From the NCBI GenBank assembly GCA_025786725.1, contig JAHLTZ010000029.1, forward strand, positions 62,001 to 126,000: a DNA stretch of 64,000 nucleotides, read 5' to 3'. The number at the start of each line of letters is the position of its first letter. The first letter of the stretch is position 1. The notes beneath the pieces were generated by a model, which had not been told where the DNA came from, searched no databases, and saw nothing but the letters and a program-made list of their open reading frames with translations. Below are positions 26,233 to 38,400 of this stretch, piece by piece. The DNA is from Syncephalis fuscata S228. Taxonomy: Eukaryota; Fungi; Zoopagomycota. Both the position numbers and the translations under genes were made by a program.

Positions 26233-27600
26233 ATGGCTATTTCTAAAGAGAAATGTAATAGCACTACTGGTTGGATTGAGGTGTTTGAATGCACCTCAAG
26301 GTATGTTAAAGTAGTATGGGGTGTATATCCATCTAAACAATAACTGCTTAGAGTTCATCTTGGTGCCTGACCAAGAATTCACTGTTGGAGCTGGCCAACA
26401 GTGGTAAGTAACAGTAAAATTATATACAGCGTTAAACTAACAGTATGTCGTATGTTAAATAGTAATTACCAGCTGGATGCGGATGATATTCCGCAAGTTT
26501 GCTTTTCAGTGTCGGCAGTAAGTATATTATATGTTCCAATGAACTGAACTAACAATAAATTAATACAGAATGACACTGTTGCATGCACAGTAAGTAAATG
26601 GCAATTTATTTTTTATTATAATCATTAGTTTAGAATATTGGCATGCAAGAATTATTAGGTTAGTTTATATAAATAATAATAATAAATTACTAACATTTAA
26701 TTTAGTGAATCGCACTTCACTAAATCAAGATGAAACAACGCAGCACTCTAATAGCTGCTTCATCAAAATCCCTGGCTGTACAAGTAAGTATTAACCAAGT
26801 GTTGTTACCACCATTAACAATGAATTACAGCAACATTTGTTGTTTACAAGCTTAGACTTGTTGCTTCCGTACCGGTAGAAAACAATACCGAGTACGACCA
26901 AGTAAGTTTATAAAAATAATCAAATATTAAAATAACACATTTATTGATAATATAGAAAGTTCGCCAGAATTACATTATCGTTGATGAAATTCTGGGCAAG
27001 TAAGTACTAAAATTAAATAAATAACTAAATAGCTAATTATTCATAATAGGGGAACGTTTGGCAAAGTGCGCCTAGGAGTGGACCGCAACACATTGGCGCG
27101 TGTTGCGGTAAAGTTTCATCGCGTGCTTGTAACGAGCAAAGCTTCGTGCGAGAAGTTCGCACTTTGCGTGAGGTGGGAGGTAGTTCCCACTTTATGGAGC
27201 TGCTAGGTGAAGAAAAAACTACCATCAACACGTACTTATTCCTTCAGTACGCTGCTGGTGGTAGTTTACACCACTACACTTGGAATCATTTTCCACTTCC
27301 AGAGATGGAAGTAAAATACATCTTTAAACAATTACTTGAGAGAATCAAGGTAAGCATTACTATAACTTAATAATTAAAACACTAACACTATATTAGTTTT
27401 TGCATTCCAAAAATATTATCCACGGTGGTAAGTAGATTTGTTTATTTATTAATACAATTACTAACTATTATTATTACTATCACTATTTAATTAAACATTA
27501 AGGTAATTATTTATTTAATTAATACTACGCATTATTACTAACAATTAACTAGCCGGGTAATATATTGCTGTCAGCATACTGTGCATTTTAAAAGTAAGAA
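26233..27600 (+). pseudogene. Truncated FHA-like plus Ser/Thr kinase gene (Chk2/Dun1/Mek1-type architecture) with many micro-exons
   Basis: Spliced YIIVDEILGK/GTFGKVRLG, VAVK, FVREVRTL, YLFLQYAAGGSL, IFKQLLE, FLHSKNIIHG/DIK/PGNILL. No DFG or later subdomains were found. The FHA-like N-terminal exons are a weaker call. Confidence 0.7.
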
Positions 27601-27764
27601 CTCACTAATAATTATACAAATCGCAATACTAACTATCTTATATACTTAGCTGCTATATATCATATATCCATTAGTTATTTGCGTTATAATAAATATTGTA
27701 AATATTTTTTATTTAGTATATAAACCATTGTTCCATTGTTTAATGCAATAAAATTAATATGTTT

Positions 27765-28030
27765 TAATGATTTTGGTGTCAAATGACTTTTATTCTTTTC
27801 TACATTTGCTAGTATACTGAAACTACGTTCTATAATAATGAGTGTTTTTGGGTGTAAATGACTTTTATTATATTAATTGATCTTTTAATATACTGAGTAT
27901 ATGTTCTATAATAATGAGTAGTTTTGGTGGTAAAATGACGTTTATTCTTGATGCATTTATTCATTTACTATTAATCTGTTCTATGATGTACTGACATGTT
28001 GGGTAGATTGATTTTATTATTTACACTCCA
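27765..28030 (+). repeat. Degenerate tandem repeat, ~76 bp unit, ~3.5 copies
   Basis: aaatgac(t/g)tttatt at ~27781, 27856 and 27933. gttctat(a/g)at at ~27827, 27903 and 27978. Confidence 0.75.
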
Positions 28031-28803
28031 TTTATCAATAAATTAAACTCGGCTGTTTATAAATATTGACTGACAGGCTCACATCTCACAATCTACGTCA
28101 TCACATTTCCTTTCTCTTTCTTTACACTTGACAGCATATATCCATTGCATATACTTGTACACTCCATATATACTAATTAGATAGTTAGTAGTTGACTGAC
28201 TACTAGTTAGGTACAAACACTTCTACACTATGTCTTGCATTGCCTTTTGTAATCTGACCTTTTTTTGCAATTCATCTTCAACACTCCGATCATTGGATTA
28301 TCAGCTTCTTTGACACGGTAGATACATTTCTGGCTTATTTTATGTTATTTGAGTATATCTGCGTAATCTCGTTGTATGCTTTATTTTTTACTATAGATTG
28401 CAATTGTCAGTCATCTGGCAATAATCTGCAATCTCGACAATAACAGTACGATATGCTATTACGAGACTATACAAGCTGTTGTCAGCATGATCTGCACTAG
28501 CGATCTATAGCAAAAAAGAGCATACAGTGATTTCGCAGCATACAGCCACACAGTCATTGTTTACGGCTACTATGCATTTATAACAGTAGCAATATTGAAA
28601 GTACTGCTAGTACAGTTGCTGAGCAAATCTTTAGCATCAATATAGTAGTATGATCTGCTACTATTGCTACTACTGTATATACATAGCTGATAGCACAATA
28701 CTGTATTGGATATACTCACTGTTACTTTCTTACTGGTAAAACAATATATAGTAGTATGAAATAGTATGATAGTGACTTAGGCAGATAAAGGATGTGTGCA
28801 CTG

Positions 28804-28950
28804 GATATATGCATACTGGATAATAAATCTACAATAATAAGTATTTGATGGTTGATGTCACTCACCGCCCATCATCATGTTCAATAGATTTAATGCTATT
28901 AAATTCAACTATTTGACCATCAAATCACAATAAAAGTATAATAAATTGTT
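28804..28950 (+). repeat. Dispersed repeat family copy
   Basis: gatatatgcatactggataataaatctacaataataagtatttgatggttgatgtcactcaccgcccatcatcatgttcaatagatt. Confidence 0.8.
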
Positions 28951-29815
28951 GAATATTATTAAATAACCACAACATGTTATGTGATTAACGCATTTTATTT
29001 AACTTTAAGTAAATAGCATGGACTCACAAAATTCTAAATGTTAAAAAGAAATGATATATGATATATTTAATAGTTTAACAATACCATATAAATAAAGCAT
29101 TGAAATTACTGCTAAAAGAACTAGTGTGCCGTAGTTGGATTGTATGTACTTGGCATGCTTTGTTTCATATTAAAATATAATCAAACCTTTATGTTTTGAT
29201 TTAAATATTACTGGAGACCTGACCCAATATGGATTGCTCGCTCAATGTTAACTTATATTTTTCTATTGATACTGGAAACTGTAGTTGTAAACTAGGCTCA
29301 CATTATATTTTTATATACAATTTAAAGCATACTATAAAAGCTTATTAATTCAAAGATAATAAACTTAACCATTTATACAACTGATTGTGTCTCTTTCAAA
29401 ATCATCAAATCTCTCGCATTTCTTTTTAGAAACTATTTATTATTTTTATTGGCAAAATATTACATCAAATCCTTTCTGTAGTTTATTCATATATCACATG
29501 ACGCAAAAACAATAATGCCCAGAAAGAAACATTAAGTTAATTGATGCAAGGCCTCAGTTACTAATATAATGCAGGATTTTTGTGCATTTTTAGCCTTATT
29601 GCTTGCCGTTGTGTTGCATAGAGGCCTCAAACAATATCATGCGAGCTGTTGAATGTTAATAGTTGAATTTATTTAATAAATGTTTGCGGACATTTTATTA
29701 CGATGCAACTATATCGCCCATTTTTAAAACCTTTTATTTAAAGCGATTAATATTGCAGAAATATAATACTGCATATCACAATCTTCTACTTCTAACGTTA
29801 TATTGGCATTTTAAG

Positions 29816-31813
29816 ATGCACTTTAAATTATGCACTGCTGCCATTGTTCTGGCATTTGTTGCTGCCGCTTCATGTTATATCGAGCATATTGAAGTTACTC
29901 CGATTATTCCAGATATTACTACAAACTCTGAAGTTCGTAGTATGTCTTCAATGTTAAGCAACTACAAACCACCAGTATCATTGGTGGCTCGCAGTCCACA
30001 AGAAATTGCACTTGAGTTTGCCCGTTCACAACTTAATGTTAAGGACAGTAATTTTATTGTGTTAAATTCCTACAAGACCAAAGCCAGCGGCACTACTCAT
30101 GTCTATCTTCAACAGACCATTAATGGAGTTAAAGTATCAAATGGTCGTATAGGCGTTCATTTAGACAAAGCCAATAAAGTAATTGCATACGATGACAGCT
30201 TTTATAAAAGCAACTTGACCACTCAAGACAATTTGCATAAACTGGTCACTCGACAGCTTAAAACGTGGAATGGGCAAACTAACGGATTTGTATCGCCGGT
30301 TGATGCTTTTCGTACATTTGCCGCACATATTAAGCAAACATTTGATGCAGGCAAAGTAGCAATTGTGCCAGAAGCCAACACGCCAGGTGGCCAATCATAT
30401 TTGATTAAGAATGTCGGATTTATTAAAGAAGATGTTAAAGTATCACAATCGTACACACAAGTCAGCTCTGACCAGCTTGTGCCAGTATGGGACTTTTATG
30501 TTAAAATGCCGCTGAATTACTTTCACGTTCAAGTTTCTGCTGATGGTGCCAAGATTATTTCAATGACAGATTTGGTTCGATTTGCTAGTTATCGTGTCGT
30601 TAAAGCAGGGAACAATAATCCCATTGACACGCCACGAGAACTTGTTACAAATCCAGCCGACAAAATTGCATCACCCGATGGTTGGCACTTCAGTGGCTCG
30701 CATACGTTTACAAATACTACAGGCAATAATATTATTGCACAGGAAAACTACAACGGCGATTTAACTAATCGAAAACCACACCATCTGCCTGATGGCGGAC
30801 AGACTTTGAGCTTTGATTTTCCGTTTGATCCTAAGAAAAATCCAAAAGATAACATCGATGCATCAGTCACCAATGCATTCTATATAGCTAACACAATGCA
30901 TGATATATTCTATCATTATGGTTTTGATGAAGCGGCAGGCAATTATCAAAACGATAATTACAACAAAGGAGGCCTAGGTAATGATGCTATTACGGTTAAT
31001 GTGCTTGCATATTACGATGATCCGCCTAGTAAGAATACAAGAAACAACGCCATTTTTAGTCCAGCTCCTGATGGTAAAACTGCTACAATAACTCTGTTGG
31101 CTTACAATAAAACCATTCCCGACCGTGACAGTGCTTTTTCAAACGACATCATAATCCACGAATATGGGCATGGTGTTGCAACTCGATTGGTCGGCGGATC
31201 AACAACTATTGAGTGTATGTACACATACGAAGGTGCAGGCATGAGTGAAGGCTACAGCGACTTTTTTGCATATTGGATGGAAATGAAATTGGCTGACAAG
31301 CCCACCAAAGTGAGCGAGAATGCCAAGTATCCCAATGCTGGTGGTTCGCGCAAGTATCCATATGCAACCAATATGGCTATAAATCCTTTTACATATAAAA
31401 ACCTGAGCGATAAAAATTCGGGTTTAGAAATGCACGTTGTTGGCACGATATGGGCTACGATGCTTTATGAAATGTATTGGAGCTTGGTTAGCAAACTTGG
31501 CTTCCAAGAAAACAAATACTTTGCCGATATGACAAAAGGTAATTCGCTTGCACTTCAGATTGTGCTTGATGGAATCAAATTGCTGGCATGCAATCCCACC
31601 TTTATTTCAGCTCGAAATGCCATTCTTCAAGCGGAAAAACAGCTGACCGGTGGTAAACATGCTTGCGATATTTGGCGTGCATTTGCCAAGCGTGGGCTAG
31701 GTACTGAAGCAGGTATGGGTGCTGATAAGAGACGGTTGAAAGTACAGATTTGCCTGAAAATTGTAAAGTTTGATACGACTAATCATGTTGCAACGAATAA
31801 TAACAATACTTGA
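29816..31813 (+). CDS. Secreted fungalysin metallopeptidase (M36), intronless
   Basis: Signal peptide MHFKLCTAAIVLAFVAAASC, FTP-like propeptide (THVYLQQTINGVKV), HDIFYHYGFDEAAGNYQ, zinc motif HEYGHG, GMSEGYSD, CNPTFISARNAILQA, IWRAFAKRGLG. The true stop is probably at 31773 after a terminal indel (..STDLPENCKV*). Confidence 0.95.
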   Translation: MHFKLCTAAIVLAFVAAASCYIEHIEVTPIIPDITTNSEVRSMSSMLSNYKPPVSLVARSPQEIALEFARSQLNVKDSNFIVLNSYKTKASGTTHVYLQQTINGVKVSNGRIGVHLDKANKVIAYDDSFYKSNLTTQDNLHKLVTRQLKTWNGQTNGFVSPVDAFRTFAAHIKQTFDAGKVAIVPEANTPGGQSYLIKNVGFIKEDVKVSQSYTQVSSDQLVPVWDFYVKMPLNYFHVQVSADGAKIISMTDLVRFASYRVVKAGNNNPIDTPRELVTNPADKIASPDGWHFSGSHTFTNTTGNNIIAQENYNGDLTNRKPHHLPDGGQTLSFDFPFDPKKNPKDNIDASVTNAFYIANTMHDIFYHYGFDEAAGNYQNDNYNKGGLGNDAITVNVLAYYDDPPSKNTRNNAIFSPAPDGKTATITLLAYNKTIPDRDSAFSNDIIIHEYGHGVATRLVGGSTTIECMYTYEGAGMSEGYSDFFAYWMEMKLADKPTKVSENAKYPNAGGSRKYPYATNMAINPFTYKNLSDKNSGLEMHVVGTIWATMLYEMYWSLVSKLGFQENKYFADMTKGNSLALQIVLDGIKLLACNPTFISARNAILQAEKQLTGGKHACDIWRAFAKRGLGTEAGMGADKRRLKVQICLKIVKFDTTNHVATNNNNT

Positions 31814-32250
31814 TTAATATACGTAATTATTTATTAAAATTGCTGTGCAAATTTTTTTATGGCTTTTATTTAAAAAAATCCAAAGTTGATAATGGTTTAA
31901 TATCTATAATTATGCATAATATCATGGTAAATAATTGTAATTAATAATTAAATTGGTAATGTAATTTGCTAATATTTTTGTAAATCATTAATAGTAAAAC
32001 TAATTTGAACTTTCAAACTTTCAATAATATTATGATTAATGTAATGAATTTATTTAAATAAACTAAACGGATTAATGCTTCAAATCTATGTAGCTTCATT
32101 ATTAACTAACAGTTCCATTAATTGTAAGGTTAAAAGGCGTATAAAAGTAAAGCAAAAACTGGTATTAACAGACTAATATGAATAATCATTAATGATCGTT
32201 AGGTACAAGATTAAGCTATATTCTAATAACATAGCAATACCAACTTGATT

Positions 32251-32931
32251 TTATGCTTCCTCATATCCTTTCTTTGGTGGAGGATACGCTGGCGTATTTG
32301 GCTTTGGTTCTTTCTTTGGAGGATACGCTGGTGTATTTGGCTTTGGTTCTTTCTTTGAAGGATACGCTGGTGTATTTGGCTTTGGTTCTTTCTTTGAAGG
32401 ATACGCTGGCGTATTTGGCTTTGGCTCTTGCTTTGGAGGATACGCTGGCGTATTTGGCTTTGGCTCTTTCTTTGAAGGATACGCTGGCGTATTTGGCTTT
32501 GGTTCTTTTTTTGAAGGATACGCTGGCGTATTTGGCTTTGGTTCTTTCTTTGAAGGATACGCTGGCGTATTTGGCTTTGGTTCTTTCTTTGAAGGATACG
32601 CTGGCGTATTTGGCTTTGGCTCTTGCTTTGAAGGATACGCTGGCGTACTTGGCTTTGGCTCTTGCTTTGGAGGATACGCTGGTGTACTTGGCTTTTTCTT
32701 TTCCTCTGGAAGAGGTGGCGATGGCAGAGGATCATGACAAACTGCACAGCTGATGCCAACACTGCAAATCTTCATGCAAGTTCTACCACGTTCTTTGCAG
32801 CTTTGGGCTTCCTCAGGACTACAGTTCCGGCCTCCATACTGAGGATTTGGTATTGGTTCGGCGTCTACCGTAGCAACACTAGCCACGTAGATGAGAGCAA
32901 CGGTACAAATGGTAACCAGTGAGAGCTTCAT
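32251..32931 (-). CDS. Secreted protein: signal peptide, 6-Cys domain and 11 Pro/Lys/Tyr-rich 13-aa repeats
   Basis: MKLSLVTICTVALIYVASVATVDA signal, EPIPNP, C-x7-C-x6-C-x3-C-x5-C-x2-C, then K(K/Q)EPKP(N/S)TPAYP(S/P) repeats. Intronless. Confidence 0.85.
   Translation of the reverse strand: MKLSLVTICTVALIYVASVATVDAEPIPNPQYGGRNCSPEEAQSCKERGRTCMKICSVGISCAVCHDPLPSPPLPEEKKKPSTPAYPPKQEPKPSTPAYPSKQEPKPNTPAYPSKKEPKPNTPAYPSKKEPKPNTPAYPSKKEPKPNTPAYPSKKEPKPNTPAYPPKQEPKPNTPAYPSKKEPKPNTPAYPSKKEPKPNTPAYPPKKEPKPNTPAYPPPKKGYEEA
32278..32698. repeat. 39-bp coding tandem repeat, ~11 units
   Basis: ggatacgctgg(c/t)gtatttggctttgg(t/c)tctt(t/g)ctttg(a/g)a repeated. Confidence 0.95.
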
Positions 32932-34114
32932 GATATTCTGGACCAGCAGGATATGCAAGTAAAAGTTATAAAAGGTGAGGATGATTGTAGAAAGCTGAAG
33001 ACGAAGTGAAGCGTGTTATAATGTTGCTCAATTCTACGTCTTAAACATGCGCTATTTAAAGCTTTGGACATTGTAAATAATTCTATGGCATAGCATTTCT
33101 TGGTATGGGATATGATGGATATCTAGTTTTACGATTGTACAGCGATGTTTGCTACTATGTTTCAGCCGTTTATTAGGCTAAAAGTGACGTGGATCTACTG
33201 TGTATAGTCGATGGCATTGTGTATGTTTATTTCATACGTTTAATTCTAATGATACGCATACTACTGACAAAACGTTAATAAATACTAATTGCATTTATAT
33301 AATTTACAGCATATGTTTATTTGTTGTCTAATATATCTACAACTATCATCGACGAATATATTGAATGCCAAACATTTTATTAGCATAGGCCAATAGGTTG
33401 GAACGTAGTAATGCGCCGTTTCAACGCGTGCCATGGCTATTTTTCCACTCAAACACAACTCAAAACTAACTTTTTACAGTTACACCATACCAATCCCCAT
33501 TGCTTTAGCAGACACTTTTATCTACATGAAACGTCAAAGTGACACGCTTGTCGCTACTTTCATAGGCCTATATGTTAAATACAATGTTGCCATTTGTTAG
33601 TTTAGTAAATACTAAATGTTGATTTACCAACTAGTTATTAATTAAAAGTTATATTTATTAATTGTTATTGATTTATTCAATCGATCGATATAATAGTAGA
33701 CTACATTATGTAATTAGATTGTAATGTTAAACATAGAAAATTACAATTACGATTTACTAATAAAAAAGACAAATGCTATAATGCTGACATATACAGTAAA
33801 CAATTAAATATTAGCTACAATGCCAATTAAACACTTACAGTTATAACATAATACCATAACTATAATGACTTTATTATTTAATGTTATAGTTAATTAACTA
33901 TTAATAACATGGATAATTAGTATTATGTGATGAATACACAATGTAGAGTGATGCAATAGGCAAATCTATATTGGTCAGTGTGTGGATGGATTTCATTGGT
34001 AGAGAAGCGATAGTGGCCAACTACACATCACACGCCCAATTCGTTTACGACTACACTCTTTCCTGTATACGTCCCGTCGTCCAATCTATTCTTTTATTCT
34101 TTTATTCGTTTAAG

Positions 34115-35342
34115 ATGGCGCGCATCCGATATACATTCTTGGCTACGGCCGCGATTCTCTTTTCATTGCTCCTTTTTACATCGCTATGGACGCCTCACGT
34201 CGATGCGGCCAAGAAAGAGAAGACGGCCACTAAGAAGCAACAAACGCGTAGTAACACTGCATCGGACACTAAATCGTTTGAGTTGAAACTCTCAGAGATG
34301 ACCGTCGAAGTCAGCAATCCTAAAGATAAAACAAAAGCGCAAAAAGAAACGTAAGTTAGGATTTAATGAATCTTGCTGTGTTGCAGTGCATTTTACTGAT
34401 ATACGTCACGTTTCTCGTCACTGCCTCTTTATAGACTCACTTACCCAGCACCATTTAAAACGAGTTGGTTGTACAGCCGGGCGATCAATTGGATATTAGC
34501 TGCTTATTGCATAAGGTACCAGTAGGCACTACCGACGATACTGGTCGCAAGGGTGTACGTGCCCATCAAGCATTTATTATTTTCCGTCCTCAACCATCGA
34601 CTATTGCCGCGAACAATCTAGGCAATCTCGCTCAAGTTTTTCAATCGACGATTAGCGGCAAACATCGATTTAATATGATTGCTAATCGATTTGTTCGGTA
34701 TTTCTCGCGTCAACCAGGTACATATGATGTTGAAGTAATACTTGGTATATTTGGTGAAATGATCCCTATTCGCTATAAACTTGGTACTATTAAATTCGAC
34801 TTTCCACCCGCTGATCCAACTGATCCATCATTTATTGATGAGGAAGCAAAACGCGTAAAACAACGTAAACTCGAAGGACCTGATGATGCCGAATATAAAG
34901 CATTGCCAGAAATTGTACATCAATTCCGTAGTGAAGAACGTATGCCACCCATTGTATTCTCACTTGGCTATTCAGCCGTTGTTCTATCGCCATGGTTTGT
35001 TCTACTGGGACTTGTAAGTAGTCGTAGTATAGATATACCTCTATATAACCAACCAACTAACTAACCAACTTATTTATGTATATATTTAATTACATAATAG
35101 TGGCAATGGATTGGTATTAAACCAAATCAATTACCAAAGACCGCCACGGCATCTATTGCCCATCTTTTATTCTTTGGCTGTATTGCCGGATTTATTTCTC
35201 TTTACGCCGCTTACTGGATCAAACTGCGTCTACTACAAACTATGGCCTATGCCGTTCCATTGACCCTCTTCACAGTACTGGTGGGCGTACTGCTCTAAGT
35301 GATGTGGCTCATCGCCGCATCCAGGCTACAAAGTCAGAGTAA
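34115..35342 (+). CDS. SWP1: Oligosaccharyltransferase subunit Swp1/ribophorin II, 3 exons
   Basis: Signal peptide, AHQAF, YKALPEIVHQFRSEERMPP followed by three TM helices (SPWFVLLGLW, YAAYWIKLRLLQT). Confidence 0.88.
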
Positions 35343-35490
35343 ATATCAGAAAAGATGTTTATTAAAGAGAATAAGCATGTTTGTTCCATGCAAACTATAA
35401 TAAATCTTAAATATATAATAATAACAATAGTAATATTGGCATGTATCCAATGGGTGGATGGATGTTATGGTAATAGCCACCATTGAATGA

Positions 35491-38400
35491 TTACAACGTT
35501 GGTAAACGATCGTCGTAAAACTATATAGATTATTAATACAATGGTTAATATTAGTTAATAATACCATTATCTAACCTATTACTTACCTCATTCATTAGTG
35601 CAAATACATTGCCATCAGTAGATCTATTTTCACCATCCATCATGTCATCATCGTCATCATTATCTTCATTCTCACTTTCATCTAATTGATGTGTAGATGA
35701 CGATAATGATGGTGAAGTGACCATTTGTGTTAAAGGTCGATTGGATGAATATGAAGCTGTACTCGATCCTTCTACTTGTCCACTAACTGATGCGGTCATC
35801 TCAGATGCACCGTCATTGTCATCTGCACTGTATTACTATACTCGTGATAAGTGTTGTTGTCACGATGACTTGTCAAGTAGGGTGATTGAGTGGTAGGTAG
35901 CATAGTAGTATGCATATTTGATAGATCTGCTAATGTAGATTCTATATCTTGGTGTATACCATTATCTTCCAATGTGGGTCGAATATTAAATGTTGTCATA
36001 TGAAGTGATGGTTCAATTGAATTATTGGATTATTGGACCTATAACTAGCATTGCCACTTTCATTTAAACGATCTTCACTACGACTATTAAATTCATCAAA
36101 TTGGCGAGACGAGCGTTTAAGTGGCGGTAGCGTATTTGTTGCACTGCCTCGATCATACAGACTATTGTCATTACTAATGTTATTATGTTGATGACTTGTT
36201 GGCGAATAGCTTGTTGTAGCCGTTTGAGCTGCTTCGTTGTCCATAGTAACGCTGTCCTTTAGCATTGAATCATTAATGGATTCAGTTGAAAATGTACGTT
36301 GGTGCATTAAAGGATGAATTCGTGTTTGAGGAGATCCAATAGGTATATTGTCGCCGGGTGTATTGGCTGTTCTGGTCGATTGTCCACGTTGACTCATAGC
36401 CGATCTCAACGGGCGTTGTTGTCGTTGTCCACTGGGTGTAGTGTCACCTTGCAATCGGGTCAAGTAAAGTGAACCAGCCATATCTTCAGGTTCCCAGTCT
36501 GGATTATTGGCTTTAAAGTTAATAAATGACTTTTCCATTTTGCCTTCTTTTGATATGAAATGTTCATTGACTGCTTCAGAGGGTGCGCCATACTAAACAA
36601 TGTAATCAATAGTATTAGATTAGTAAATGTCATTGTTAGCACTTGTACACTAATTCAATCTATTCTACTTACACGAACATTGCCATGTCGTTTAAAATCA
36701 AACAAGGCAAAGCTACAAACATAGCCTACACCATCAACATGAACGGTAAATTCACGAAAAAGTCGACAATTTGCTGGCTGCATCCAGGCAGTGAGAACCA
36801 AAGAATAAACGGTGTAACCAGAACGGCAATGAGCTCCTGGATAAGCAGTGTGACTTTAAGATCAAATAGCTCACAGAATTGTCGTCGGACTTCGTCGGTA
36901 TGTAGTCGGTTACGCCATTCTCCAGGCAAATAGTGTGTCTCTGCCACTACAGCTCGTAGTGTTGCTTCTGGTTCAAACACAATATTTTCATCGGGAATAG
37001 CACCTCGGGCAATGGCAAATACTGTACCAAATAGACCGAGATAGAATGCTACTGAGCGATCTGAAGTAATGTAGAAATTAAGAAGCAATTCCTGATCTAT
37101 TATAGTCAATAGGAATAGTACAAGAGCAAAGGAGCCGGCAATAAACGAAACAAATCTGCAATATATTGTTAAGTACTATTAATATTTGTACATCCATTCA
37201 CTTACCGTGCTAAATGAGCCGTACTTTGACGTGGAAACTGATCCACATAACGATTAGCATCTTCAAGACTGCGATCAAGTCGCTTTTGAATAGATGTGGT
37301 AGTTCATCAAATTCACGGAACTTCCATCGAGCAAATCGAGTATACTGACGAGAACCAATAGCACTTGGATATTTATGATATTCCTATAGGTATATATAGT
37401 ATATACAGTATAAATAAATGGCCATATAACAATCATTAGTAATACTTACGGCAAAATAGCGGAAGAATAACATTAGTAACAAGTAGACAAATATAAATGG
37501 TGCACAGATAAAGTTAATAAATCCCATTGTAATAAATCGACGTCTTAGTCTATATAAATATGTTAATTTCAATTAGTTTAGAAATCGAATAAGCATAATT
37601 ACAAATTAGCTTACCCTTCAACAAGAACATGACGCTGAGAGTCACGTAAAAATGCCTTTTTTACTTGGCCATTCTCATCAAATGCATAATTAATTAGACA
37701 TAATTGCAGGTTCCATTCAACAGTTCGTGTTAACACAGGGCCACCAAGCATTGGTATGTACCGTAATGGTGCCGGTACCGTTAAATCCAACAAATCTTTG
37801 TTGATTAAAGCAATCATATAATTCTCTTTACGCAATATGCGATTACAAATATCATGAGCATTGATGCGCAACGATGGATGTGCATTAAGAATAGTGGGTG
37901 TTGTTTCGCGTAACTTGATAATACGCGATACAACTAAATTCCAATCAACAGTTTGCATATCACACTAAATTTGACGATATAAATATTAGATAAAGCTGTA
38001 AACTGTTTAAACGTAGCTTACATCGGGTATTTCAAGTAAAAACGTATAGAAATTATACATTTCAACCAATTTGCGTACATCATATACAAATACCAATAGT
38101 TTCCAACTCCAATAAAACCAAGCCGCTACGACAAAGAATTTCAACCATCCAGACATGCTAGAATAGTTGTATTAGCTTAAAAGTACATACAATACTATTA
38201 CTACTGCCAATACTTACTGGCTATTGCAGTTATCATAGACAGCATCGGATAGCGATTTACTTGTACGTAGTTTGCCATAATTGATGCAGCCCACAAGGAA
38301 TGTAGTAAATATAATGACAAATGCCAACATTCTACAGCCAGCTATTAGTAATAGGTAATATCAAATAAATGGTACTTACAAAAGGCTAAGAAGTCGATTC

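Noticed and set aside
27765-28030. CRISPR-like repeat-spacer array
   Set aside because: Eukaryotic context, degenerate repeats, spacers partly related to each other, and no cas genes.
32223-32762. Overlapping ORFs 32223-32762 (-) and 32253-32753 (+)
   Set aside because: Shadow frames kept open by the 39-bp (multiple of 3) repeat. Only the 32931 frame has a signal peptide and a coherent domain.
32251-32931. Dikaritin/ustiloxin-type RiPP cluster
   Set aside because: No DUF3328/UstY oxidase, tyrosinase or other tailoring gene is visible nearby.
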